Source: Stegostoma tigrinum (Eukaryota). From it: a stretch of 64,000 bases of DNA. The DNA lies in assembly GCF_030684315.1 (NCBI RefSeq), contig NC_081362.1, forward strand, positions 3,220,228 through 3,284,227, read 5' to 3'. The notes under the pieces were generated by a model. The model was not told where the DNA came from. It did no database searches and saw nothing but the letters and a program-made list of their open reading frames with translations. Both the position numbers and the translations under genes were made by a program. Of the stretch, positions 13,831 through 25,633 are shown in pieces. The stretch's first letter is position 1, and the number at the start of each line of letters is the position of its first letter.

Positions 13831-14718
13831 AGTTCACTGAGGGAGTGAGTGTGGGTGCGTGAGGGGGCAGATGTCAGAGGGTGGTTACTGGAAGGGTGGT
13901 TCAGGGAGGGATAGAGGTTGCTGCAAAGTGCCCCTACCTCAGGGAGCAGAAAGCAATATCCGACCCTTTGTGTGAAAAACATGCCTCGCACATCTCTTTT
14001 AAATTTCACCCCTCTCACCCTGAACCTGTGTCCCCTGCTAATTGGCCTCTCCTCCCTGGGAGAAAGCCTCATACCTCCCACTCTATCTATGCCATTCACA
14101 ATCTTACAAACTTCCATCAGGAAAGTAAGGAAGCCCCTCATCTCTGTGCGATCGCTGGTTAACAATGGGAGAAAATAGGAGTCCGGTGTTTTCACTTTTT
14201 AGTAAATATGTACAAGGCTGAGATAAAGAGATTTTTATTTAGGGGCATCAAGGATTATGGGAAAAGGATAGGGAAGTGGGAAGTGGGAAGTCGGCCATGA
14301 TCCTCACTGTATGGCAGAGTCAACACAATAGGCTGAATGGCCTAGTTCTGCTCCTAGGTTTTATGGTTTTCTCTGTTCAGTAATGGACTTCCACTGTAGG
14401 CTCTACAATAATTACCAGGACAAAGAAAAGTGCCGAATTAATGATGAGTGCCTGGAACACACTGCCAGAGGAGTTGGTGGAAGCAGTCACATTGGCAGCA
14501 CCTGGACAAATACATGAACAGGAAGGGTATAGAAGGATATGGATCCTGTAAGTGAAGACTGTTTTAGTGTGGAAGGGCAAAGCGGAGTCAGCACAGGCTT
14601 GGAGGGCCGAAGGGCCTGTTCCCGTGCTGTATTGCTCTTTGTTCTGTTGAGGATTTTAAAAGAAGTTATTTAGTCTGGGAGCCATAAGATTCCCTTGCTT
14701 TGAATGATTTCACAGTCA

Positions 14719-14933
14719 CAGGTTGTCCTCTGGTTACAAGCAGGTTCTGTTCCTGACCACGTTTGTAAGTTGATTTATCCACAAGTGGGAACACCGAGTG
14801 GTATGATATAAAATATCCATCGCTTTGTAGAAGAAAACACTCACATGTCTGATCCTTAAAGTTAACATTAAAATGGGATCTTGTTCATCGGCACATGTTT
14901 GTAAGTTGGACACTTACATTTCAGGGATCCCTG
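14719..14933. mobile_element. Old Tigger/TcMar-like MITE
   Basis: CAGG...CCTG termini, TA at right, internal repeated tttgtaagttg. Degenerate TIRs. Confidence 0.45.
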
Positions 14934-15400
14934 TAGATTGAACCACGTTTAAATGGATGGTCACTGTATTTTAAAAATGTTAAAGACTTGAACCTGAATT
15001 CTGTACGTTCTTGTAGATTTTGCTGTGAAGGAAGGAAAGAGATATAGCTTGCTGAAGTGCAAAATCCAAGAAGACTATTTTTTCAACAATCAAAAGATAA
15101 ACAGAAAACTCTGTAGTTAGATGGTGATTTTTGGTTCAGTACAGAACCTGCACAGCTCTTACAGGTAAATTATGTTATTAGGGTCAGCCAGGATTTTCAA
15201 ATGAAGCTCATGTTGTTAACTGATATTCTGTTAATTTAGAGCAAATCTAACATTCAGAAATAACGAATGGCTTTCTGCAATTGCAAAAACATGGCAAAGC
15301 ATTAGGAGGGCAATTTGGTATTGGGACTTTACTCCACATTGCTGTTATTGCAGCCCTCACAACTCTCTCATCAGAAAATCACCTTTATACTGTGCATTTC

Positions 15401-15860
15401 GGGGTCAGTTAGCTCAGCTTCCTGTAACTTTGGTCTACAGTGTAGAATAATGACAGGGTTCAATTCCCACATCAGCTGAGATTACCACAAAGGACTCTCC
15501 CTCTCAAACTCTACCTTGCCTGAGACCTGAGGCAAGGTGACACTCAGGCTCAACCACCACCAGGCTGAAATAGCTCCACAAAGCTGGTCTCCCATCAGCA
15601 AGTCACCCTTTATTTACATGTGCATAGTACATGACACTGACCCAGCTAGCTCAGAGCTGACTCTGACAGTGAACAGAACTGCTGGCACTCTTGTTTATAT
15701 CTGTCAGCCAGGGCTCCCTGATTGGACCAGCTTAACAGCCACAATCAGGGAACTCATATTTTGTAAGATTCACCTGGCTGACTTCATTATAATCATTACA
15801 CAGTTGTCTTTTTTCTCCTGAGAGAGCAGCCCTATGGTCTGGTAAGGATGATGTAATTTT
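15401..15860 (+). mobile_element. tRNA-headed SINE interrupted by a solo LTR
   Basis: ggggtcagttagctcag...gggttcaattcc. The same head recurs at 63952-64000. Confidence 0.65.
15566..15800 (-). mobile_element. Short solo LTR (235 bp)
   Basis: Minus strand TGT...TCA with CCAAT, TATA-like and AATAAA in order. Diverged 5-bp TSD caggc/cagtt. Homologue at 61914-62141. Confidence 0.7.
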
Positions 15861-17268
15861 AGTAGCTTTTGTGTGAAATCCAATCCCAATGAACAATGTA
15901 AAAGTGGCTCACTGCACCGGGTGATAGAGTAATGGAGAAGGATTTAGAGGGAGATATTTTTCTAATCAACCTCTTCAGAGATGTTCCTACCCACCACTGG
16001 AGATGTTGGGACTTGAGCCAGATAGAAAGGGAATTCCAGAGTTCAGGAACAAGGGAATTGTCAAAGGTACATTGAATCATTCTATTCTGGGTAAATATAA
16101 GAGGGAGGGGACTTGTGGTGCATTGGCTAACATCCCAACCCCTGCTTCAAAACGTCGAGGTACAAGTCCCACTCCAGGACTTGTTCATCATGGAAAATCA
16201 TACAGAACAGAGAAGGCCTTTGGGCCCATGAAATCTGTCCCAAAAAAGAGACTAAATGTACATGAGCCCTGCTTTCCAGCATTTCCTCCATAGCCTTCAA
16301 TGTTATGACTTTTGAAGTGCTCATCTGAATAGGTTTTAAAGATTGTGAGGTTTTTTGCCACAATTACACCCCCAGGGGTGGGGTGGGGGGAAGAGCTGTG
16401 TTTATAATGTGGCTAAACAATTTGACAGGCTTGTAAATTCTTCCAATTTTCCTAACACTAGGCATTAAGAACAGGAGAGTCTCCTGGTCAGTTGTCCTAC
16501 CAAAGGTCATGACAAACCACGCCCGAGCTTTTTCCAGAAGCATGGATTAATCCAAAAGAAGCCCGTCTCCCAGTCATTCAGAAACAAGAACAGGAGATAG
16601 CTGGGCAACAGCAACATGAGGTCGAAATTAAAGAAGCACTAATATCCCAGAGGGGCATAAGACTGCAGGAGCTTACAGAGATGAGGGACAAATTCCTGGA
16701 TAAATTTGAAAAGAAAAGTAAGAAGTGTAAAATTGTGCAGTTCGTTTGCCTAATATGCTCAGTGGAGTTCAATCTAGCTTCCTTTTTAATCAAAATCAAG
16801 TCATTTCATTTTTTTTCTTTAATTGCAGCTGCTCTTAATTTTTTTCCCCAAAAGTATGTGTTGGCTATCATATAACATTATGTAAATCCATGACAATGCA
16901 TTGTTCAGTTAAAATATTACTGCTTCTTCATTCTCATGAGGGCCTCTTGTTTTTGTTTCAATCGCTCTTTTAATTTCAGTGTATTATGTGTCATTATTTT
17001 AAATTTTCTAAACTTTTGTTTATATCTGGCAAGCCCCAACAAATAAATCTGTGCACAGAACAAAGGTTGGGGGTTAAATGGAACTTCCTTCAAAATAAAT
17101 GACAAAATGCTGAAAGTGACAAATTTAGAGGGGCCTATGGAGATAACACTGTAGAATGAGACTAGCTGGTGAGCTCTTTTAGAAGCTTGCATAGGCGTGA
17201 GGGGCTGAATGGACTCCTTCTGTAATGTAAAATTCTATGATTCTACTTCAGACATTCATCACATTGAA

Positions 17269-17905
17269 AAATGGTTGACACTTAAGAAATATTGCATCCT
17301 TGGCTATTGGTAATTTTTTAAAATGTCTGTTCACAGGATGTGGATGTACATGGCTGGCATGGCACTTATTGTCCATCAGCAATTGCCCAGGAGAATGTAG
17401 TGGAGAGCTGCCTTCTTAGAAGACTGCAGTTCTTGAGGAGTAGAGCACCCACAATGCCGATAGGGAAGGAGTTCTAGGATTTGATGCAAAGGAACAGAGA
17501 TAGAATTCCAGTACCCAGCCGGGCAAGTGGGGAGTATTCCATCACACTCCTGACATGTGCCTTATAGATGGTGGACAGGCTTTGGAGAGCCTGGAGGTGA
17601 GTTACTTGCTGCAGTATAGCTAACTTCTGGCCTGCTCTTATAGCCAGTTCAGTTTCTGTCAATGGTAGACCCCACAGTGGTGATTGCAATAATGAAGTTG
17701 CAAGTGTGAGTACAACAAATGTGTTTCCAACTTTGCTTAGCTAACAAAAGCAATGGAAACATTGCAGCAGTCACTGCATTTTCCTGGGCAATTGCTGATG
17801 GACAATAAGTGCCATGCCAGCCATGTACACCCACATCCTGTGAACAGACATTTTAAAAAATTACAAGTATTCAAGGATGCAATATTTCTTAAGTGTCAAC
17901 CATTT
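17269..17905. repeat. 134-bp inverted repeat (17269-17402 / 17772-17905), 369-bp spacer
   Basis: aaatggttgacacttaagaaatattgcatcc... and its near-exact reverse complement. Confidence 0.92.
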
Positions 17906-19039
17906 CTCCAAGGGAGAATCTTGGAAATAAAAGCATCTGCTTCCTCTGCATCTCATTGGGGACAGTGGCTTGTGGTTTGACCAAATAAACCACAAACTGA
18001 TCTTTACTCACTTCCCTCAGCTCCACTTGATCATTCAATAATGGATGTGCAAGGGTTAAAACCTGGTACCACTGTGCGTGTGCTAAGGAGAAAAATGCAG
18101 ATTGATGCATAATGAGTCAAACAGGAAAGCACAAGTTCTACGTAAGACTCAGAGGGGAAAGGATCAATCTCACTGTGATGCCTTTTGCAATTCTATGAAT
18201 GAATCCACCAGTTGATTTACCACTGATTGTCAACTTCAGTGAGAAGGTGCATACCATCTGTGGCACCAAGGATCTTGCACATGCCAGTGTGTTACACACT
18301 TAAACATTCGGCTGATCCCCTCCAAACCCAGTTCCCCGAAAATGAGCATTGGAATTCCCTCCGTAAACCTCTTTCATTTAAGTGTCTGCTTGACACCTAC
18401 CCCGTTTGATCAAACTTTTGCTGACTTGCCTTAAGAACTCGTTGTGTAGCTTGGTCCCAAATTGTGTTTGATAATTAATGGGACCATGCTAACATTCTGC
18501 TGTGCTAAAAGTGTTGTGTAAATGCACATCTTTGCTGCTGCTCTGAGATTTTTTTAAAAATGGAAAATTAAGCTAGAACCTCTAATTTAGAAGCAATGCA
18601 ATGGATATCACAGGGCTTTAGTGATGTGCTTGCCGAGGCTATTGGCAGTTGTCCAATCTGAAGTTATCACTGCATCAGGAAAGCATTCTTGTCAGGCTGG
18701 CAGAAGACTATTAAAAGAATATGCAGATATCTGATGGTTCTACCTGCCTTGCAGAATTGTCAGTGCATTCTTGGTTATAGTACGTACCTCTGCCATACTT
18801 GTCCACCTTTCGCACTATCAGATTCACTAAACTCCTTAAAGACAACTTGTAATTCAAAAATCTGCCACTTGCCTCTTACAGCAAAAGTCTTCAGCAACAA
18901 GAGTGAAGCAAGCTAAAATGAACAGCAAATCTTTGTATCAGAGATAATGGGAACTGCAGATGCTGGAGATTCCAAGGTAATAAAATGTGAGGCTGGATGA
19001 ACACAGCAGGCCAAGCAGCATCTCAGGAGCACAAAAGCT

Positions 19040-19067
19040 GACGTTTCGGGCCTAGACCCTTCATCAG
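19040..19067 (-). ncRNA. Minimal type I hammerhead ribozyme core (left PLE arm)
   Basis: Minus strand reads CUGAUGA-A-GGGUCUAGGCCC-GAAAC-GUC. Palindromic ACGU stands in for stem III. Confidence 0.75.
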
Positions 19068-19291
19068 AGAGGGGGATGGGGGGAGGGAACTGGAATAAAT
19101 AGGGAGAGAGGGGGAGGTGGACCGAAGATGGAGAGTAAAGAAGATAGGTGGAGAGAGTGTAGGTGGGGAGGTAGGGAGGGGATAGGTCAGTCCAGGGAAG
19201 ACGGACAGGTCAAGGAGGTGGGATGAGGTTAGTAGGTAGCTGGGGGTGCGGCTTGGGGTGGGAGGAAGGGATGGGTGAGAGGAAGAACCGG

Positions 19292-20378
19292 TTAGGGAGG
19301 CAGAGACAAGTTGGACTGGTTTTGGGATGCAGTGGGTGGGGGGGAAGAGCTGGGCTGGTTGTGTGGTGCAGTGGAGGGAGGGGATGAACTGGGCTGGTTT
19401 AGGGATGCTGTAGGGGAAGGGGAGATTTTGAAACTGGTGAAGTCCACATTGATACCATATGGCTGCAGGGTTCCCAGGCGGAATATGAGTTGCTGTTCCT
19501 GCAACCTTCGGGTGGCATCATTGTGGCAGTGCAGGAGGCCCATGATGGACATGTCATCAAGAGAATGGGAGGGGGAGTGGAAATGGTTTGCGACTGGGAA
19601 GTGCAGTTGTTTGTTGCGAACTGAGCGGAGGTGTTCTGCAAAGCGGTCCCCAAGCCTCCGCTTGGTTTCCCCAATGTAGAGGAAGCCGCACCGGGTACAG
19701 TGGATGCAGTATACCACATTGGCAGATGTGCAGGTGAACCTCTGCTTGATGTGGAATGTCATCTTGGGGCCTGGGATGAGGGTGAGGGAGGAGGTGTGGG
19801 GACAAGTGTAGCATTTCCTGCGGTTGCAGGGGAAGGTGCCGGGTGTGGTGGGGTTGGAGGGCAGTGTGGAGCGAACAAGGGAGTCACGGAGAGAGTGGTC
19901 TCTCTGGAAAGCAGACAGGGGAGGGGATGGAAAAATGTCTTGGGTGGTGGGGTCGGATTGTAAATGGCGGAAGTGTCGGAGGATAATGCGTTGTATCCGG
20001 AGGTTGGTAGGGTGGTGTGTGAGAACGAGGGGGATCCTCTTGGGGCGGTTGTGGCGGGGGCGGGGTGTGAGGGATGTGTCACGGGAAATGCGGGAGACGC
20101 GGTCAAGGGCGTTCTCGATCACCGTGGAGGGAAAGTTGCGATCCTTAAAGAACTTGGACATCTGGGATGTGCGGGAGTGGAATGTCTTATCGTGGGAGCA
20201 GATGCGGCGGAGGCGGAGGAATTGGGAATGGGGGATGGAATTTTTGCAGGAGGATGGGTGGGAGGAGGTGTATTCTAGGTAGCTGTGGGAGTCGGTGGGC
20301 TTGAAATGGACATCAGTTACAAGCTGGTTGCCTGAGATGGAGACTGAGAGGTCCAGGAAGGTGAGGGATGTGCTGGAG
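19292..20378 (-). pseudogene. Inverted 5'-truncated copy of the PLE ORF (RT thumb, linker, GIY-YIG)
   Basis: ORF 19292..20434(-) is nearly identical to 20986..21855(+). Confidence 0.9.
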
Positions 20379-21855
20379 CTCACCTTTGTCGCCCTACAAC
20401 CACACATCAACGAATACCAGTCACGGTCGGACATAGAGCAGTTTTTCCGCCGTCTTCGCCTCCATGCCTACTTCTTCAACCGGGAACCCAACCCTCCTTC
20501 CACTGACCCCTTCACCCGCTTCCAACAAAAATCCCACTTCCTACAGACTAAGGGGGTGGCCATGGGCACCCGCATGGGCCCCAGCTATGCCTGCCTCTTT
20601 GTAGGTTACGTGGAACAGTCCCTCTACCGACACAGGCCCCAAACCCCACCTCTTCCTCCGGTACATTGATGACTGTATCGGCGCCGCCTCTTGCTCCCCA
20701 GAGGAGCTCGAACAGTTCATCCACTTCACCAACACCTTCCACCCCAACCTTCAGTTCACCTGGGCCATCTCCAGCACATCCCTCACCTTCCTGGACCTCT
20801 CAGTCTCCATCTCAGGCAACCAGCTTGTAACTGATGACCATTTCAAGCCCACCGACTCCCACAGCTACCTCGAATACACCTCCTCCCACCCACCCTCCTG
20901 CAAAAATTCCATCCCCTATTCCCAATTCCTCTGCCTCCGCCGCATCTGCTCCCACGATAAGACATTCCACTCCCGCACATCCCAGATGTCCAAGTTCTTT
21001 AAGGGCCGCAATTTTCCCCCCACGGTGATCGAGAACGCCCTTGACCGCATCTCCCGCATTTCCCGCGACACATCCCTCACACCCCGCCCCCGCCACAACC
21101 GCCCCAAGAGGATCCCCCTCGTTCTCACACACCACCCTACCAACCTCCGGATACAACGCATTATCCTCCGACACATCCGCCATTTACAATCCGAGCCCAC
21201 CACCCAAGACATTTTTCCATCCCCTCCCCTGTCTGCTTTCCGGAGAGACCACTCTCTCCGTGACTCCCTTGTTCGCTCCACACTGCCCTCCAACCCCACC
21301 ACACCCGGCACCTTCCCCTGCAACCGCAGGAAATGCTACACTTGTCCCCACACCTCCTCCCTCACCCCCATCCCAGGCCCCAAGATGACATTCCACATCA
21401 AGCAGAGGTTCACCTGCACATCTACCAATGTGGTATACTGCATCCACTGTACCCGGTGCGGCTTCCTCTACATTGGGGAAACCAAGCGGAGGCTTGGGGA
21501 CCGCTTTGCAGAACACCTCCGCTCAGTTCGCAACAAACAACTGCACCTCCCAGTCGCAAACCATTTCCACTCCCCCTCCCATTCTCTTGATGACATGTCC
21601 ATCATGGGCCTCCTGCACTGCCACAATGATGCCACCCGAAGGTTGCAGGAACAGCAACTCATATTCTGCCTGGGAACCCTGCAGCCATATGGTATCAATG
21701 TGGACTTCACCAGTTTCAAAATCTCCCCTTCCCCTACAGCATCCCTAAACCAGCCCAGTTCATCCCCTCCCCCCACTGCACCACACAACCAGCCCAGCTC
21801 TTCCCCCCCCACCCACTGCATCCCAAACCAGTCCAACCTGTCTCTGCCTCCCTAA
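20379..21855 (+). pseudogene. PLE RT + GIY-YIG endonuclease ORF, internally deleted and frameshifted
   Basis: QTKGVAMGTRMGPSYA, then a frameshift near 20630, then an open frame 20632-21855 with RYIDD (YIDD at 20662-20673), a Cys linker PCNRRKCYTC and VVYCIHCTRCGFLYIGETKR...RFAEH...VANH. Confidence 0.9.
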
Positions 21856-22079
21856 CCGGTTCTTCCTCTCACCCATCCCTTCCTCCCACCCCAAGCCGCA
21901 CCCCCAGCTACCTACTAACCTCATCCCACCTCCTTGACCTGTCCATCTTCCCTGGACTGACCTATCCCCTCCCTACCTCCCCACCTACACTCTCTCCACC
22001 TATCTTCTTTACTCTCCATCTTCGATCCGCCTCCCCCTCTCTCCCTATTTATTCCAGTTCCCTCCCCCCATCCCCCTCT

Positions 22080-22107
22080 CTGATGAAGGGTCTCGGCCTG
22101 AAACGTC
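22080..22107 (+). ncRNA. Minimal type I hammerhead ribozyme core (right PLE arm)
   Basis: CUGAUGA-A-GGGUCUCGGCCU-GAAAC-GUC. Confidence 0.7.
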
Positions 22108-22652
22108 AGCTTTTGTGCTCCTGAGATGCTGCTTGGCCTGCTGTGTTCATCCAGCCTCACATTTTATTATCAGCAAATCTTTGTAGCTGGTCTTAGGAAG
22201 GTGAAATTTTACATTCCTTTTATTCAAATGATTTCCCCTATTGTGGATGAAGGAATGAATGGAATCATTATTTTCCTCCACATCAATTCTTTTTGACAAA
22301 TTCAGTTACCTTGAAGAATGCCTCACAACTATTAAAGTGAGGTTATATCCTTTGGGAAGTTAGTACTTAATCAGTTAAATAGGGGTATTAAAGTCCCATT
22401 TACACAGCAGCGACTAATTCAGTTTTTGTATCGAGTTTGCAGCTGTTCCTCATTAAAATGCACTGTGTAAATGCCATAAGTTTGTTTACTCTTGCTGCAT
22501 TAAAAGGGACACCTCATGCTACCAGTTTTAAAGCAGCTGCAAATCACAGTGATCTAAATCAGACTCAGAAAGAAACTAATGCATATTCCCTCACTAGTTC
22601 CCAGCCTCACGGGCGCAGCAGACTGTGCACTAGGCAGTAACCCTATATGGTT

Positions 22653-22783
22653 TCAGAGATTGTAGGAACTGCAGATGCTGGAGAATTCTGAAGAAGGGTC
22701 TAGGCCCGAAACATCAGCTTTCCTGCTCCTCTGATGCTGCTTGGCCTGCTGAGTTCATCCAGCTCTACACCTTGTTACCTCTT
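22653..22783. mobile_element. Mini-PLE (inverted tail + hammerhead end)
   Basis: Homologous to the ends of the 18938-22170 element. 13-bp TSD accctatat(g/t)gtt at 22640-22652 / 22784-22796. Confidence 0.85.
22688..22715 (+). ncRNA. Hammerhead core in a mini-PLE
   Basis: CUGAAGA-A-GGGUCUAGGCCC-GAAAC-AUC, with a G>A change consistent with CpG decay at the cleavage triplet. Confidence 0.6.
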
Positions 22784-23084
22784 ACCCTATATTGTTGTTG
22801 GTTGTGTTCTCGTTAAGAGTATATCTGTGAATAGGACAAACAACAGCTCCCAGCTGGACTGAAACATTTGAAACTAATTTTGTTGATGTGCGGAAACAGT
22901 AATTTTACCAAGAAGAATGAATTTGAAAGAAGTGTGCATCAGCTTGCAGGGTTTAGTTCAGGTAAGCAAGGACTGGGTTTAGGAGCTCCTGGTGCTAACT
23001 CTCGTCAGCGATTTAAATATACCCAGCCTTGTTTCTAAATTGAGGACTGAGTGTCATAAATATGGTTACTGGGTCACTTGAACT

Positions 23085-23500
23085 GCAACAACAACCTGTA
23101 TTTGTATATCACCTTTAACACAGTGAAAGATCCCAAGGCACTTGAGAGTAGTGATCATCAGACAAAATTTGACAATGAGCTTCTTAAGCAGATATTGGGA
23201 GCAGATGTATTGGAGTATTTAAAACAGTATCTTAAAGGAGGGAGAAGGGCTTTGGGAGGGAATTCCTGAAGCTTAGGGCCCAGACAATCAAAACATGTGG
23301 CCGGAATGTACAATTCAGAGGCACACAAGAGTTCAGGATTGCAGGGACAAAACAATGTTGGAGAGTTGTGGAGCTGGAGGAGGTTACAGAGGTGGGGAGG
23401 ATGAGGATATGGAAAGGTTAGAATCTTCAAATGGAGCCATTGCTGGACTGGGAGCCAATGTCGGTCAGTAAGCACAATGGGGAGTAACAGACCAATGTGA
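23085..23500 (-). mobile_element. L2 LINE 3' fragment
   Basis: HWLPVQQWLHLKILT...PPHLCNLLQ motif and tail. Related pieces at ~8860-9185(+) and ~18300-18530(+). Confidence 0.7.
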
Positions 23501-23569
23501 AACAATGCCATGTAGGTACCAAGAGTTTTCTATGCAATCTCAAATTTACTGAGGCCTACTGGTATTGTT

Positions 23570-23855
23570 GCTGCTCTGTTAATCCAGAGACATAGGCAAT
23601 ATTCTGGGGTCCTGTGTTCGAATCCCCCAATGGCAGGCAGTAAAATTTGAATTTTCAAACAAGATCTGAGATTAAGAGTTCAATGATGACCATGAACCCA
23701 TTTCCAATTGTCAGGAAAACCCAACTGGTTCACTAATATCCTTTATTGAAGGAAACTGCCATCCTTACCTGGTCTGTGACTCCACACCCACCGCAATGTG
23801 GTTGATGCATAACTGTCCCCTGGGCAATTAGTGATGGGCAATAAATGCTGTCTGG
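23570..23855 (+). mobile_element. tRNA-derived SINE with LINE-shared tail
   Basis: Box B gttcgaatccc and ctggttcactaat...gaaggaaactgccatccttacc. Confidence 0.7.
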
Positions 23856-25035
23856 CAAGATCGAGCGTTCTTACGTGCTGGGGCTTGGCCTCGGTGACGG
23901 CGATGTCAGGGATTGCTTTTGGCAGTCTCAGTGTGGAGGCAAAACCTGCGAAAAACCATGATTTTTTTTTAAGAAGAATGGGAGATGGGAGGCTAGGGAG
24001 GAGAGAAGGTGTCAGGCGCAAGAGCGGTAGGTTCAGCCGCAGATGAACCGAGATGGGAGTAGAATCGAGAGATTGTACGGAATCTTGATGTTTGTACAGC
24101 CCTTGGAAATCAGAAACAGAGACAAGAGTTGTTCATGCAGTACCTGCGACTAGATATAAGTCAATAAACTCATGTTTTAGATGAGATGGAATTCATTTTT
24201 AGTTGCTAAATGGAGATGTTTTTGAAAAAGAAAATGCATGTTGCCTGGAGCCTGAGGGAGGTAAAACCCCTAATCTTAGCTCGCGTGTTTGAAAAGAGTA
24301 CCTGAGACTTGGTTCAAAGCAAACCTGTAAATGCAAAGACCGGCTGTGATTATATTTGATTGCATGTGAAAAAGTGTCATCGTTGCTTACGTCCCCGTTA
24401 TCTCATCTTGGTAGCAAGTACATTTTTTTCACACCCACACACATGCTCCTTTTTCTCGCTCTGTATTTCGCTCTCTCTCTGCCTCTTCTGTGATGATCAA
24501 TTAACAGGACGTCCGAAGGTGTGAGACTTGCCCCTGCCTTTCACCATTGGCCTGCCTGTGACACACACACTCTCTCTCTCTCTCTCTCCTGCTTGCCGGC
24601 AGCTCTGCTCCCAATGCATTACAATCGCGACATTCAGTTTTCACCTCTAGGCCACTTTCGTGCGTTGCAGGCAACAGATGCTGCTGGTAACTGAAGGATA
24701 GAATCACACTAATCCTTGGATTTTTCACACTGCTTTAATCCCATTAACACACCTGAAATAATAGTTCCTGGGGCAATACCCTCTTGCACCCCCCCCCCTC
24801 GCCTGTTGTGATTCGATCGGAGGTTGTAAATACTCCGCACTTTCTTGTTTTCTGAGCAGATCAAAGGAACCGGTGTCTTAAAACAACGCGCAAAAGCACG
24901 GATTCTCAGCTATTGTCAAAGTGGCAAACTTCTTTGGCAGCAAAGTGAGAATTGACTCAAGGACACGTTGTGCAGGAAAGGTTAAGTCACAGGATCGGTA
25001 CAGCAGAGGAGTATTTCTCCCTCTCTATGATTCAA

Positions 25036-25398
25036 TCATAGAATCCCTACAGCATGAAGACAGGCCGAAGGGTCCACATCGACTCTCGAAGCATCCCACC
25101 CAGACCCATCACCCTATAATGTACATGATCTCAGGATGCTGCTTGGCCTGCTGTGTTCATCCAGCTTCACACTTTATTATCTTGCACTCTCCAGCATCTG
25201 CAGCTCCCATTAACCCTATAGTGTACACGTTCCTGAACACTATGGGACAATTTCCCATGGCCAATCCAACCCAATCTGCACATGTTCGGACTGTGGGAGG
25301 AAACCGGAGCACCCGGAGGAAACCCACGCAGACGCGGGGAGAATGTGCAAACTCCACACAGACAGTCGCCCGAGGCTGGAATTGAACCCGGTCCCTGT
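25036..25398 (-). mobile_element. HE1-like V-SINE, 5'-truncated, interrupted by a PLE fragment
   Basis: Reverse-complement similarity to 5710-6014. Confidence 0.85.
25126..25212 (+). mobile_element. PLE end fragment nested in a HE1 SINE
   Basis: gatgctgcttggcctgctgtgttcatccagc...cagctcccatta. 15-bp TSD accctata(a/g)tgtaca at 25111-25125 / 25213-25227. Confidence 0.85.
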
Positions 25399-25466
25399 CT
25401 CTCCCTCCCTACTCTATCCAGACGTCTCATGATTTTGAACACCTCCATGCGATCTCCCCTTAGCCT

Positions 25467-25633
25467 GAAAACCACAAAAGCTGGAGATCACAGCGAGTCA
25501 CGCAGCATCCGTGGAGAGAGAGCAAGCTAATGTTTCGAGTCTCGATATGTTAGCTCGCTCTCTCTTCACGGATACTGTTATGATTTCCAGCATGTTTTGT
25601 TTTCAGTACAGATTCCAGCATTGCAGTAATTTG
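25467..25633. mobile_element. Mini-PLE, second subfamily, near-palindromic
   Basis: agcatccgtggagagagagcaagctaa...ttagctcgctctctcttcacggatact. Exact 13-bp TSD ctccccttagcct at 25454-25466 / 25634-25646. Nested in a CR1 fragment. Confidence 0.8.

Larger units (their letters stand above)
18938..22170. mobile_element. Penelope-like retroelement (Neptune-type), head-to-head inverted structure
   Basis: 1402-bp inverted arms (18977-20378 / 20769-22170). Exact 15-bp TSD cagcaaatctttgta at 18923-18937 and 22171-22185. RT and GIY-YIG motifs present. Confidence 0.95.

Noticed and set aside
19292-20434. 380-aa ORF as an intact or domesticated gene
   Set aside because: Its first ~19 residues come from the antisense spacer across the inversion junction, and it lacks the RT catalytic core.
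19311-21836. Many overlapping 60-150 aa ORFs in both PLE arms
   Set aside because: Shadow frames of the C-rich PLE ORF, duplicated by the inversion.
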